Below are positions 37,327-56,000 of a stretch of DNA of 64,000 bases, in pieces. The notes beneath the pieces are model-generated. The model had not been told where the DNA came from. It did no database searches and saw nothing but the letters and a program-made list of their open reading frames with translations. Both the position numbers and the translations under genes were made by a program. How positions within the stretch are numbered: position 1 is the stretch's first letter; each line of letters starts with the position of its first letter. Source of the DNA: Protoeuglena noctilucae (lineage: Eukaryota); NCBI GenBank assembly GCA_958009085.1, contig OY253675.1, positions 248,001 through 312,000 on the forward strand. The letters are read 5' to 3'.

Positions 37327-38227
37327 CTTCTGTGCAAGCGAACGCTTTCGGTTCGATGGTTTGCGTGCGGCTGGCGCTCTGCGCCTGGCGGGGGAGCGGT
37401 TCAAATTGCGGGCATGCAACAGGACCGAGCGTGGTTCGCCAAAAATGTCACTGGCCGGCAGCTAGCTGACTCTTCTTCGCGACAGCAATGCGGCGGACAG
37501 ATGTAGTGAGGCGCGCCCCAGGCCCGGTTGCACTGGCACCCGACAGACCGGCCTCGATTCCCGAACCCAGCTCGCAACGCGGGTCAGTTTCGCGACCTGC
37601 TTCTCTTTCCGCCTTTTCGCAAGCATCGACAGTCCCGAGCTACGTAACCATCGCGTCTGCGGTCGACCTCGAGAGAGCATGCGTGATTTGAGCGGTGAGC
37701 CGGGCGCAACGTCGCGCCTGGACTTTTAAATTTGCACAATAGACGGGGATGAGCGCGAGGAGTCGTTCATATGCTGTTTTCGGGCTGCTAGCCCGTCTCG
37801 GATGTCGTGGCATTTCGGAGGCTCTGCTCGGCACATTCGCGCTCTTGCTGGCTCTTACAGGGCATTTGATTCGCGTCTATCGAAGCGCAATCATATGAGG
37901 CGGTCAGCGCGATTCAATTTCCGCAACGGGACACGGTGTCCCTGGGGTCACGTTCTTCGCCCAGCAGCCAATCTAGCAGGCGGCGCTCCATGCTGCACTT
38001 GAGTCTGCGTTACATATCACGTTCTCAATGACTATATGCCGCATTTTGTCCCAGATGGCGTCTGGGACCAGCATACGACTCTGCGCTGACTGTTCCAGGC
38101 GGCCCCTGACCTTTTCCCGCTTCCCTGGCCCCCGCAGGCACTGCCAGATACCCATCTTTAGTAGGACGACATGTGCCGCGGACCTGTCTGGCCGCACGGC
38201 CCCGAGGGGGCCGCACACGGGGTCGAG

Positions 38228-39015
38228 ATGGCCGCCCTCTCGGAGGGCTTCCTGGCCCGGCTGGCGCACTCTATCGAAGCATGCCCCCTGCCCTTCGCCG
38301 GCTTCGAGGATGCTCATCTCGTCGGTGAGGCCCGCAACCCGCAGCCACGCCTCGCGGCCGCTGAGCTCCCCTCTCTCTCCCTGACGTGCGCTCCTCCGCT
38401 GCGCACACAGACGCCGCCGCGCTGCAGGGCGCGGCCAAGCACAGGCCCGGCGAGAGCTGCCGGCGCAGCCAGTCCGCGCGTGTCGAGAAGGCCAAGCCCG
38501 CGTCCTGGGAGCTCCCAGCCGAGCCCGCGCATGCGCCCGAGGAGGAGGACTCGCTGTTCCTCTTCCGTTTCCACGACGCGCTGTTCCAGGAATCCAGCGA
38601 CCCTCGCCAGGGCAACTCGCTCCTGCGCAGCGGCTGCACCGACGACAGCTTCTGGGCGCACTGCAACGCGGACGGTGTTCTGGCCGAGGACCGTGCGATG
38701 CGCAAGAGCGTCCGCAAGACCAGCGTGCTGGTGCCGGTCGCTGCGGCCCCCAAGCACGGCTTGGTCAAGGTCAGGCGGGGTCTCAAGGGCCCCTCCATGA
38801 GCAGGGAGACCACCGTCCCGACCCAGGCGCCGGGCAAGGGGGGGGACGAGCAGGGCGGGCGGCGGGAGGTGCACGAGGCCGCGCCCGAGGTCCGGCACGC
38901 CCAAGATAGGCGCGTGTGCCCCGATGACCGCTGCGGCAGCGACCTGGAGGCCTGGGCCGTGCCGCTGCCGCGCCGCGCCCGCCGCTGGTGGCTCCTCTGC
39001 GGCGCGGGCCATTGA
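38228..39015 (+). CDS. Hypothetical protein, 2 exons
   Basis: MAALSEGFLARLAHSIEACPLPFAGFEDAHLV, then a GT-AG intron (about 38325-38410), then ...EEEDSLFLFRFHDALFQESSDP...RRWWLLCGAGH*. Strong C/G third-position bias. Confidence 0.55.
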
Positions 39016-40305
39016 CGCGGTGACTCGACTGCTTTCGCTGGTCCCTTTCCGTAGGCCTCTGTTTTAGCTCCATTTTGTTAGGCGCGGCACGAGCCTCGTG
39101 AGCGCTGCCCACTCCTGCTCCCTGTCCGGCCTGGCGTCCTCTCCCGTTTTCTTGGCCTCCTCGCGACGCCACACCAACGACTCTTCGTGCAGCCCTTTGG
39201 TCTTTCTTCCAGCCGCAGCCAACGGCCCTAGCTGCGATCGTACTCTGTGCGCACCCTCCTCCTGTTTCGCGCCCTTCCAACAGCCAGCCGTCAGGCGCTT
39301 GGGCCTTGGCGAGCTCCGGATGATGTGAGACTCATGGGAAGGGCCATTAACCCACCCCTTTTGAAAGCTTGGCTCAAGTTTGGCTGACACTGTCCATGAC
39401 TGGCGAGTCCGGGCTTGCTCCTCGCGCCCTCGCGCGACGGATATCGGGCAGAAACGCGACCCAAGAACCCAAGTGGGCCACCCAATTCCGATACCGTGGC
39501 TCATTCTGGAATAAAACTCCTCCTGCGACGTCCTGATGAAGGGGCGCGCGCCGTTGAGGCCCGCCGTTGCGCAGTGCCGAAGATTGTCAGACGAGACTTG
39601 CGCGGATTCCCTTTCCCGCGCGTGAGAACCCGCCTGTCGGGTGAGTCGGCGACGTTCTTTGTCCCGTCTCTCCCCCGCACCGCCAGGGAGTCACTCCATG
39701 CTCGCTGGTTGCGTGGGATCCAGGCGGCCGCGTGCCCGAGCCCTGGGAGCAGCGCTATTGCCGGCTCGGTCCACACTTGCTCGCCCTTGTCGAGGCCTCT
39801 GCGCCTCTCACACCGCCCCCTCGTCTCCCTGCGCTTTCGCCCGGCCCAAGTGCGCATTTTCCTCGCTCGACCCAGCGCTTGTAGGCTGCGCTTTTTCCTC
39901 GCACCAACATTTGGCGCCGAAAGCGCCCTGCACCCCGTTGCGCCCCCGCACGCGTCCGCTGCCTCCTGCCTGTCTTCGATGCGCTCCACACGAAGCCCGA
40001 TATGGAGCCCGTCCCTCGGGGCGGCAAAGAGCCCGCCCAGACGCGCCACTTTTTCCGTCTTCGCAGCAGTCCTTCGCCCACCGCCTGCGCTGGCCTGTTT
40101 TGGGATCTCACAAATCGGCTGCCGGGCTCCCTCCCACCAGGTAGAGCGCGGGCGCGAGAGAGATGCCTTTGAGGGTCAATCTGGGTCGCCCCTTTTCGCC
40201 GCGATGGCGCCACCACTCACCAGTCCTCTCTTGCCTGTCTGCAGTGGGCTGTGACAGCACCGGGAATCCACAGCCCACCCTGCAACGGGCGCTTCCCGGG
40301 GACGC

Positions 40306-41268
40306 ATGCGTGGCATGCCGCGAGCTCCCAGCACCGCTCTTCGCGGCGGCTCCCCCGCGCGCGTCAGCGACATCCGCGTCGAATGTGATTGTTGGGCCGG
40401 CGCGGGATCGCCGAAAGCCGTGGGCTGCGCTGGAATCGCGAAGGGCCTCGACGACCCCGCAAGCGGTGAGGGCGCGCCCCCGCCGCCCTCCGCACGCCTA
40501 TCGCGCCGCATGCTTACCGTCCGCTTAACACGTGAAGCACCTCCACGCCCCCCCGCAGATTCCGTCTTCCGCGCACGTATGGACCGTGCTGCCACCGAGC
40601 GCTTTTTGCCCACCGGCGTACCTGCCTCGGACCTCACCCGCCGCTCCTCCGAGCGCTGTCGTCCCGATGCCGTCCCCGCCGACGCCGACCCGAGGTGCAG
40701 CGACTCGTCTACCCACTACAAGGCCACCCCAGGACTCCTGGCATCGTGCTTCGCCCCCGACACCTTCGCCCAGGCGCCCACCCGCCCCTCTCACCCCAGC
40801 GACTCGAGCGATTTGAGCGACTGGGGCCTTTTCTGCGCGAGCCCGGAGCCCGGGGAGGCCTGGGCTACGACACACCCGTGGTCTCTGGCCCACACCACCT
40901 CTGCCGCACCCGTCGGCGCCAGCCCTGCGCTCTCCTGCGCAGGGTCGGGGCTTTTTGAGATCGGAGCCGACGCGCCCGAACTCCCCGGCCCGGCAGCGCC
41001 CGCCGCAGACCTCCCGGCGGATTGGGCTGACCTGTTGGCCGTGCCCGGCGGGGCGCACACTGTGGGTCTGGGAGAGGGCTGGGAAGGCCAACAGGGCCGT
41101 CGCTGCCGCCGGTGGGTCCCCGGCGCCTCCTGGCAGAGCGAGTCCGAGTCCTGGGCTCCCGAGTGTGTGGGCGCATCGCCTCAAGACCCGACCAGGCCGG
41201 GCCCGGCACGCGCCGTCGCGGCGCAGGCACAGATGCCGCTGCGGCACAAGGCCCACGAGGCGCAGTGA
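40306..41268 (+). CDS. Hypothetical low-complexity protein (boundaries uncertain)
   Basis: 320-aa ORF with a plausible intron at 40466-40558 (gtgag...ccgcag) and Ser/Pro/Asp-rich sequence. No recognisable domain. Confidence 0.3.
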   Translation: MRGMPRAPSTALRGGSPARVSDIRVECDCWAGAGSPKAVGCAGIAKGLDDPASGEGAPPPPSARLSRRMLTVRLTREAPPRPPADSVFRARMDRAATERFLPTGVPASDLTRRSSERCRPDAVPADADPRCSDSSTHYKATPGLLASCFAPDTFAQAPTRPSHPSDSSDLSDWGLFCASPEPGEAWATTHPWSLAHTTSAAPVGASPALSCAGSGLFEIGADAPELPGPAAPAADLPADWADLLAVPGGAHTVGLGEGWEGQQGRRCRRWVPGASWQSESESWAPECVGASPQDPTRPGPARAVAAQAQMPLRHKAHEAQ

Positions 41269-43145
41269 GGTGCCGGCGGCTCCCCGCAGCACGTTTCGGG
41301 GCCCAGGGTGCCTTAACGGGCACCGCAAGGATCCTGGCCCGCTCCAGCCAGCTCCATTCCCGAGCGACGCTGCGCCCCGTGCCCTCGCTAGGGAGCGGGC
41401 GTTTGGTCGCACGCGCCCTCGCATGCCCGCCACCGCCATTGCATGCCCCGCCACAGTCTGCGCATGCCAGCCAGCGACGCTGCCGGCCTCCCATGCCAGT
41501 CTCGCCTGGGCCCCTCGCTTGTGGCCAGCAGCGTTTTCCAGTCGCCCTCGCGGCGACCGCGCCCCGGCCAGCCCCGAGGGTGTATTCGTCCTATCATGAG
41601 CATGAGGCCGACGCCGGCCACCTGCCCGACGAACGTCGGGTGCGTCCGTCCGACGCCATCCTGCGCCATGCGACGCCAGTGTTCGCTATGCCCATCTGCC
41701 CTGCTCGCTATGCGCGCTATGACACCCTCACGGGCGCCAGCGCTCCGCCCCAGACTTGTACCCTAGAGCTGCCATTCCCTTGCGACCCGTCCAATACGAT
41801 ACAATGCGATTGTCCTGTCGCGCCCTTTTCTTTTGCCGCGCCGTGGTGTGGGCTTGGCCACACGCGCGACCTCGCGCCTGCGAGAGAGCTGCGCCGCCTC
41901 CGCTGCCAGCGGGGGTGGCGTCCACGCAATGCGCCGCGCAAGGCGCTCCAGAGAGTGCATGTGACATTGTGGTCGATGTACGCGGAGGGCTTCGGCTTTC
42001 CGCCACAGGGCCACGCGCGCCCGCCCGTCTCCTTTCGCCATTGCCCGCGGCTGTCGCCGCCCCACCGCTGCGCCCTGCGCGTCCCCAGTGTGACGCCGCA
42101 GCGCGCCCTGCATACGCCTTGGCCCCTCCCTCACCTTTTGGAGTGAGGGCGCTTCCCGGCCACGCCAATGCGAGGGCACACCCGGGGAGCGCTCTGTACT
42201 GATAGGGGCCGTGTGCCACTTTGCATCGAGAGGGGCTCGGACCGATTACAGGTCCGGCCCGCTCGCTACTGCGCGACGCTTCGCCTGCCTTGCCGTTCTA
42301 GCATGGGCCCGCCTGCCCAGCACGTCGCTTCCCACCTCACGTTTCGTGCGTCACAGCACATCACGTTCTGATAGACACCTCAGATTTTTGTCTCCGTCCA
42401 TCCACCCGTGCCTTTGTGTCCCTAGGTCCCTCGTTATGCCGCCGATGTCGTCCGCTGTGCGTTGTTAGGGCTTAGCTCTTGCGCCATGCCCGTGTCTTGC
42501 ATCTCCTGACCATGCCTCCGCCATGCACGCTCGCATCTCCACCCAACATCCGCCCCGCTCCTCGTTTTCCCGGCTTTGCCCCGTGCAGGCGCGTTCCGCG
42601 GGGCAGAATGCTTTGAATCGAACCGCTGATTAGCTGTGCTGTCAGGTTCAACCTGACACGACAGTTCAGCGACAGGGGTAACAGGGGTGCCCCCAATGGC
42701 GCTGTCGGTTGGCTGTGGTTGGGTCAGGTCAACAGCAGCACGAGCTGTCCAGAGCCCGACAGCATGAATGGTGACGATTTGTGGTGCGTCGTTCGCTGAC
42801 CATGGGTGTGACGAGCACGACGATGCAAATCGATAGGCAAGTTCGAGTCCCGGGCTTCAGAGGAACGAACGAACCCAAAGCCGAAGCAAAGCATTAGCAC
42901 AGCAGGGCCCGACGAGCCCAGCGCTCCACACGCCCCGCGACCCAGCCACAGCGGACGGTCCCAGCCCCACAGCGACCCACGCACGCACGAGCGCTATTCT
43001 CCCGCCACTGAAGAGACGTCAGCGCTGTCGACCACGCGCTTGGTTGTTCAGGACTAGAGGCGCTCTTTGGAATATGACATGCCCCTCTGTTCAGGAGTAG
43101 AGGTCGTCGTCATGAGACGCCTCTCTGTTCATGAAAGTTGAACTC

Positions 43146-48036
<4,891 letters not shown>

Positions 48037-48274
48037 GTTCAGATCCTTGTCCTCGAACTCCAGGGACGCCTGGCTAGGGACGACGCGGCCAAGATCTCAG
48101 CGCTCGACGCTCGCACTGGTGGGGAGCAGCAGCGCACCCGTCAACGGCTGTCCGGTCGCGAAGCACTGCTAGCGGCACGCAGAGACTCTGTCCCCACCAG
48201 CTCGCCGCGCCTGGGTCCAAGAATCCTCGCAAACTCAACTCGTGACGGTTCCTGTCGTCTTGCCAGAAACCTCA

Positions 48275-51200
48275 CTAGTCGAGGCGAAGGGACGCGCTCT
48301 CCCTGCGGCAGAGGAGAGGGACGGACGGTCGGAACGCGGCACGGCTGGCCCCGGCCCCGGGGGCCACGATGAAAGCCCCGCACACTCTCACCGTATGGAC
48401 TTGGCGAAGGGCGTGTGCGCGCTGACGGGGGCCCGCAGCGCCCGCAGCTCCCGCGCGAGCGCCTTCCTCGCGCGCTCGGCGTGCCGCGCCTCGAGCGGGG
48501 CCACGGGCACCGTGACGTCGGGCCGCCAGGTCGACCCATCGTACTTCTGTGTGGGCCAGAGCGCAGGCAGGGTGTCCTTGATGCTCAGCGTCGCGTGTAA
48601 GAGCAGGTGGCATGCGCGGAGACTCGATCCCAGCGCCAGCCTCCGCATCTTTCCTATGCTGGTCTCGCAACCACCCCCGGCTCGCCCTCTCGACCGTGCA
48701 CCCTGCTCTTGGCAAACAACGCACAAAAGCTACATCCTCCCTCCCTCTTCACCTTGAGCGCGGCCTCCTTCTCGGCCTGGTGCGACCGCGCGAGCTTGAG
48801 GCGCTCGATGTGCCGCTGGTTGGAGCTGATGCGGCGAGCAACCGCGACCTGGGCTGCCTCGCTCGTCCCCGTCACCGTGCCAGTACCGGTGCCAGTGCCC
48901 ATGCCGCTCATGTCCGCAGTCGAGGGGATGCTCCCGGGAGACGGCGCCACGCCCTGTCCTGCCCTGCACAGCACGAAGCCACGCACAAGCCTTTCACATG
49001 CCCGGGAGTCCTCACCCCGACACCCAGACTCTCTACAGCACCTGCACCCTCACATCCCGATGCATAGTACACGCAGCCAGCCAAAAGCGGCGTCGTTGCG
49101 CGCCCCCGCGCCCGCACCTGGGCCCAGGGACCGGTGACGGAGGCCCCACGTGTGCCAACGCACTGTCGCGGCTGAGGCGTAGGTCGTGGACGGAGATGGC
49201 GGGCGTGTTGGGTGCGCTGGTGAGGAGGGATGCGTCGTCGCGGAGGCGGAAGGCGGCCAGGCCGTCGGCCTTGGGCCTGCGTGGGGGTGGCGAAGTCAAA
49301 GACCGGGGCGTGAGGCGGGGCACAGGGCACGCTGTGGGTGGATGCAGGCAGCAGCTTGCTGACGAGCGCCGCTTGCAGATCGGTGATTGCGAGTAGATGA
49401 TGTGTGGTAGGCGAGTGGGTGAGTGGATGGCGTGTGCAGTGTCGCCTCGCTCACCCCCCCACGATGCCCTCGACGGCCAGTGGCTTGAAGAACTTGGCGA
49501 TGTCACTCGCGACGTCCCCGTCCTGGCTGCCGAGGGACTCGTCCTCACGATCCGAGCTCACCGTCCGCATCGACTGGGCAACAGAGGGCAGGGGTGGCGG
49601 TTTGTGAAGTCAAAGTGACACCCGTGGGTAGCACAGGGCAGGGCAGCGATGCGAACACGCACCGGCGAACGTGAACGCAGCAGCAACTTCCGTGCCGCGC
49701 CCTCACCAGCATCGTGCTGTCGACCGCAGGCGTGCGGGCCATGACGTCGTTGAACCGAGCCTCAAGTCCCGTCTGCTGCCCCCGCGCCGCACCGTTGCCC
49801 GTCCCCCTTTCCACGCCCCTCCGCCCCTCGGGCCCCGCCGCGCCGCCCCGCGCCCCGCCCGCAGCGCCGCCCCCGCCCCCGCCCTCCCACCGCGCCGGCA
49901 CATTGGTGCTTGGGTTGGCCCACACCGGCCGCTCCCTCCCCGGGCTCATCGTCCCGGCTGGGGACTCGGTGCGGGAGCTGCCGCGGTCCGTGCTGCTGCA
50001 AAACGACGCAGAAAAGCCGCGATATTAGGCCACGATGAAGATACGGAGCGCAGGTTGTTAAGCGCCAAGGGCGTCGCCAAGGGTTCGTGGCATGCATACT
50101 TGGACAAGCAATGGGCCAGGCGGTCTCACCGGGGCCGCGACTTGCTCCGCGAGGACGCCGTGGGGCTGCGGTAGTGCCCGGGACGCTGCCGAGGCGCAGA
50201 GAGGGCGCGGGGCCGGCCGTTGCCCAGGACCCTGGCCACGGCCGTGGGCGGGTTGATGCTGGGCCGGAACGTGCACTCCTGCAACTCCTGGCGCTCTCTG
50301 CGGGCAAGATGACGTGGGCGCGACATGATTACATTGCAATTGTCATGTTTATGACAATCATTCCCTGCACGTCTCCCCGAGTCTCCTGGTTCGGGTCTCC
50401 CAGCCCGCGCCCGCACCTTTCGGCACGCATGTCGGCCTCCTGCCGCCGGCTGCGCAGCCGGATGCTCTCGAGCCACGCCTTCTGCGACTCGTAGTACTCC
50501 TGCGGCCTCTGGTGCCCGTCCTGCATCTTGGCCCTCAGGATGGCTTTGGAGGTGGCGTTCATCCGCACGCCCTGGGCCACCACGGGGTCCTTCTGCACCA
50601 GCTCCGCGTATCGGATCAAATCCAAGTTGCGATCCCGCTCGTCCCGCTCCCGCAGCAGCTCCGCGCCGAGCTGCGCGAGGTAGTCGATGCGGCTCGTTCC
50701 CTCAGGGAGCACCCTGGTCTTTAAAGAGGCCAGGTCGGCACGGTAACGGGCCTCGGCCTGCTGCCGCGACAGCTCCGACATGGACTCGTACTGCGGGAGG
50801 ACGCGGGAAGGCCGCTGCGGTGACTGGCTGCCGCTTACGCAGCCGTATCCCTCGGCATGCGATGGAGTGTTGCACAAATGCCTCAGTGATGCACCGCGCA
50901 CGCACCTGGGACTTGGGTGGTGGGAGGAGCCCCGCCTCGGCGTCGGCATCCAGCGTGCGCCGCACGAAGCTCGGGTTGCGCGCGCGGAGCTCCGTCGACA
51001 GCCGCGGCGCCTGCCCCTGGGACCGCCCCCGCCGCGACGCCGGCGACGGCGACTCCCCCTCGCCGCCCGGGGCACCCTTCGCGCCCCGCTCCTTCACCTG
51101 CCGCACGCGGTCCGGGGTCCAACCGGCGCGCGCGGCCCGGGCGGTTTGGACCGGAGACGTGGGGCGGTCCGAAAAGGCATTGCCGCGCCCCGTGCCCCAC

Positions 51201-52280
51201 GCTGGGGCTGCCGACCGGGGCCGCTCGGCGCCCCTGCCGCTCGCGCCGGGGCCGGCGCCGTCGCGTGGCGTCACCTCGGCCGGGACGGCGTGAGAGGCGA
51301 TGGGCCCGGCCCGTGATGCCGGCCGCGCCGTCTGCGGCCGCGGGTGCTCCGGGCTGCGCGCGGGGCTGCGTCCCGAGACCGCTTGGCTGGCGCTTGGCCG
51401 CTCGGCGGGCCCCGCACCGCGCGACCGGTCCTGCCCATCAGCCTTCTTGGTGGCGAGCATGGCGACTCTCGGCAGCTGCCCCAGTGCAAGCTTCTTCTGC
51501 GAGCCCCCAGTCGACAGGTCCCGCTGCGAAGCGCTCCGGGCGGTGAGGACGCGCTCGGCGTCGGCGGCCGCGCGGGCCACCATCGACGAGGAACGTTTGG
51601 GGGACACAGTGGGGCGCGGCGGGGGAGGGGCGGTGGGGGTGGTGCGGCTCGAGCTCTGCTGGGGGCCAGGGCCGGACGGTGCGGACTCCCCGAACGAGAT
51701 GGAGCCACTCTGCGGGGGATGGTGGTAATCCTAGGCATGGTGACAGGGCGGGTGGAAGTTGCATGGGCCGACGGGCGGCATGGGTTCGCATGTCCTAGCG
51801 AGGGTGCGGGTGTGGGCGGCATCGTGAGCGCGGGCGAGATGAGGCTCTCTGCGACGAAGCGCTGTCTCACCTGCGCCGGGCTGCCAGCGAAGCCTGCCAC
51901 TTGGTGGGAGGAGAGGCCCGCCCCGGGCGCAGAGGCCGCGGAGCTCTGGATCGACGACCGGAGGGCCAGCGACCCCGATTTGTTGCTCAGCGGTGCGAAC
52001 GCGCTGCCTCCTTGCGCCGAATCCTCCGCCTTCGCCGAGCTGCGGAGCACGCGGGCGGCAGGCGTTTCGATCCAGGGCGGCATGCGATCTGGGCGGCGAG
52101 CAGCGCGCGACGGCCGCAACGCGCCGATCCGACCCTGCCGTGTCAACAGGATGAACTTACCCGGTCAGAGAGGAGCGCAGGGACCGGGTTTGGCGGCGGA
52201 AGGCGCCGCCATCGTTGTCACTCCGTCGGGCCCCTCCACCGCTCGAATCCCCGAGCAGACGCGCTCCCTCCGAGGCCATG
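48275..52280 (-). CDS. Large low-complexity/coiled-coil hypothetical protein with a 'ELQECTFRPSIN' motif, possibly cytoskeletal or flagellar; start uncertain
   Basis: Spliced segments YESMSELSRQQAEARYRADLASLK, RMNATSKAILRAKM, RERQELQECTFRPSIN, PVFDFATP, RHIERLKLARSHQAEKEAALK, KYDGSTWRPDVTVPVAP. Phase-compatible last exon ESASLRLD* ends at 48275. Confidence 0.5.
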
Positions 52281-53098
52281 CCGCTGCCGTGGCGGAGCTT
52301 CGCGTCGCCGCTTTGCCGTATGCGGTGCGCGACGTGCCGGACGCGAGGCGGTCGCCGGGGTGCAGGACCCTCCCCGCAGCGACACCTGCGTGAAGGAGCG
52401 CGCCTCTGGTGGCGCCGGTCCCGCACAGCTAATCCGGGTTTACTTCCCTGATGCGCAACATGGATCCGATGGGGTCCCCGGCCCTTCCCCAGGCGAGAAA
52501 TTCGGATGGCGACATGCTTGGGGAAAAGGCCCCGGAAAGCGAGCACCAGCGAGGCGCCGAGCACGGCAGCACACGCACCCAACAAGGAGAGGAACCAAAG
52601 CACGCAGAAATCAGGTCTGAGGGGCGAAGGGACGCCGGGGTCAGCGATCCCAGGTGGCTGCATAACATCGACCATGGGTCCCGCCCCAGCCCCACCTGGA
52701 TCGTGTAGATCAAAGCTGAGGCCGGTCGTGCGTGCGAGGGCACGAATGGCGTGCTGGTTTTTCAGGCCGGCTGCAAGTGCGCGCCGGAGCGGGTACAGAT
52801 GATGATCGCGGGGTGGGAGCAGCCAGCTACCGCTGTTTTTAACCACTGAGGATCGAAAGGCCACGTTGCGGGAAAAACCTACCGCCAGAAAACACAGCTG
52901 CTCGTTCGAACTCGTCATTTCAGCAAGTCGGTGGCTCGCAACCAGCACCTCTTCTCCACGGTCGCCCTGGTGGCACGTTTGCCGGGCTCTTCCCGTGTCG
53001 AGGGGGTCGCGGTTCGTGCGAAAAGAGAACACGGGCGTGTGGGCGCCGCCGGGCCTCACCCCTGCAATCCATAGCCGTCTCGCTGGGGACTGTCAAGC

Positions 53099-56000
53099 AT
53101 GCGGATATTTTGCTGGACCTATCTCGGTGAGCAGCGCGGGCCATCGCACGGCTCGCGCCGCAGCGGGTGATGCTGGGCGTGCCGCGCCTCTCCTCGGGTC
53201 GCCGCTGTCCCCAGCTGCAAGCTTTGACCGATCTCCATCGTGCCGCTGCTCCAGGGACGGCGCTCGCCGTGGACGCGAGCAGCAATACCCGCCCCAGCAG
53301 CACGGCAACCGTCGCCTGGCTCAAGCAGCACATCGCCGCTTCCCACCGTGCGAGATTCCCTGACGAGGTAAGCGTCGACAACCTTTCGGGAGGCTCGGCC
53401 GGGCAATGTATCGCGCGCCGAGGGGAATTGCGGGGCATCCTGCCACGTCTTGTACACCGCCCCGCAGCGCCGATGCTGCGTATGTTTGACCGCGCGGACA
53501 GTGACACGCCTTCCTATGTCGCTATCTTCTTTCCAGGATGATCTGGACCCTTCCCGCGCCGTGCTCGTGATTCCCGGCCGCGACGACACGCTGGCCCCAT
53601 ACAGCCCCGGCTTCGCCCTCCTGGACGACCTGCCGTTCCTCCACATCCTCAGGTTCGTTTTATTGCTTGATTTGTCATATGTTCGCGTGGCTTGCGCCCG
53701 TGGAAGCCTCGGCGCCGACCCGCGGCCGCCACTGCAGCTGGCAGCTACGTCAATATTTCCATCCGCCGAGCCGCTGGAGCCTCCGCCGCATCCTCGCAGG
53801 GACGACGACACGGTTTACTTCTTGCCGGGCCCCGCGAGCGCCCTGAAGACCTTCCTGGCTCCCCGCCACCACGCCATCCCCGTCCCGGCCCCGGCCGCCC
53901 ACCTCGCCCTCCCTCCTCCGTCCCACCTGCGAGCGCATGCGCCGCATCCCCGTGACCACACCCACGATCCCGCGATCGTGAAGCGAGGCCGACCGGCTCC
54001 GCCAGAGTCGCCGAGGGATCATGATGCGAGGGAGGGGTCCGCGGCACTGGCAGTGCCATTGCCAGAAACCGCCTCTGCGAAGCGCGGGGGGCAGCTGGCG
54101 AACGGCGGGGACGTTGAGGGGGCTGAGAGGGGCGAGGGCGAGGGTGCGGGTGCTGGGAGAGGCGAGGGGGAGGCGGGGGCGGGTCAAGCGGTGAAGAGGA
54201 GGGTGCGGGTTGATGATGGGGGACAGGCTGATGTGGGACGAAAGATTGATAGGAGACAGAACGATGGGGTGTCAAAGGATGTGAAGGAGAAGCGAGGGGC
54301 GAAGGAGGGTGTTGGGAAGGGCGGAGCGGGTGGGGAGGTGGGCAGGGCTGTGGAGGTGTCTAAGGCAAGCGAGGCATTGGCGAAGGGGGAGGTTAGGGGC
54401 GGGGCTGGGAAGAGTTCTGCTGAGGGTGGGAAGGGTTCTGTTGAGGGTGGGAAGGGTGGTGGTGGGAAAGGTGCTGTTGAGGGTGAGAAGGGAGCTAGCG
54501 AGGGTGACAAGGGAGCTAGCGAGGGTGGCAAGGGTGCTGGAGCGAAAGTGGCTGCCGAGGGTGGGAAGGGTGGGGTTGAGACGGGGGCTGCTGACGGTGG
54601 GAAGGGACTCGGTGGGAAGGGAGTTGCTGAGGCTGGGAAGGGCGCTGTTGAGGGCAATAAGGGAGTTGCTGAGGGTGGGAAGGGCGCTGCTCAGGTCACA
54701 GTGCCAGTGCCAGCGGCACCGCCTGTGCCGTCACAGCAGGCGATGTCATCTTCTTTCGAGTCATCGTCAAATGACGACACGAAATCACCTAGACGATCGC
54801 AGTCCGGCGATTCGCCATCTGGCGCGTCGTCAGCCAGCCGCGGCGCCTCGCCGGCAGGAGGGGGTGCGATGGGGGGTGCGATGGGGGGCAAAGTGGCTGG
54901 TGGAGAGGCTATGGGCGAGGCTGTGAGCAGAGCTGGTGGGGAGTTGGTGACGGCAAATGACGAGGGCTTGATGGTTAAGGGGGGCGCTGCGAGCAATTCG
55001 TCGACGCGCTCATCGTCGTTATCATCATCATCCTCCTCGTCGTCATCATCTGACACCTCGCCTACTAGTCGCTCATCTGACAGCACCAGGAGCCGTCGCG
55101 CGAGCGGGGCCTCGTCTGGGAGTGGCAAGCGAGATGGGGCGAAGGCTGATAGTATCAGTGGGGGTGGGAGTGGCAAGCGAGATGGGGCAAGGGCTGATAG
55201 TGGGAGTACGAGTGGGAGTGGCAAGCCAGCAGAGCGAGGGACAAAGCAAGCTGGGTCAGGGTCAGCGACTGACAGTGGGAGTGGGGGTGGCAAGCGAGGG
55301 CACAGGTCGACTGCAGACAGTGGGAGCGACCGTAGATCTGGGTCGAAGAGTAAGAGTGGGAGCACTACTATTGACAGACGGTCTGGGTCCACTAGCACTT
55401 CTAAGAGTGGGAGGGGGAGGGGGAGTGGGAGTGGGAGTGGAAGTGGGGGGAGTGGCGAGGGTGGGTCTGGGGACGAGGTGTCTGACTTGCCGCCACTGAG
55501 GGAGCTGCTGACCATGCACAAGCAGAGCATGCGCAACAGGTGAGCCGTTGTGGTATATGGAGCGGCTGTGTGTATGGAGGGCAGCTGCTGACTGACTATG
55601 TGCAAGCAAACCCATTCATGCACACCGTCACTGACGGATGTGTGCCCTCTTCACGCACAGCTTTCCTTTTTTCCAACGCACCCCTCTCCGGATTCGAACG
55701 CAGGACCACCGAGGCCCTCCCAGCCAGCTCCACCCCCGCCCCCGCAACCACCGCTGCCCTCGCCAGCCCCGCCCCCACCCCGCACCCACCATCGCGCCCG
55801 GTCCCTGACATCGTCGTGCCAGCAACGCCAGAGCCGGTGCCAGCGACGCAGGCGGTGGACGGCGGGGAGGTGGTGGAAAAGGGGAACAGCCGGGGATTGA
55901 ACGGTAACCTCCCTGCAGCGGCCAATGGGCATGGTGGAAGGCATGGGGAGGGGGATGACGATGAGTCGGACGATGGGCCTGCGAGGAAGCGACCGGGGTC

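Noticed and set aside
39064..42990. Transposon or additional genes in the ORF-rich 39-43 kb interval
   Set aside because: No transposase, RT or integrase motifs, terminal repeats or convincing codon bias apart from the weak 40306-41268 ORF.
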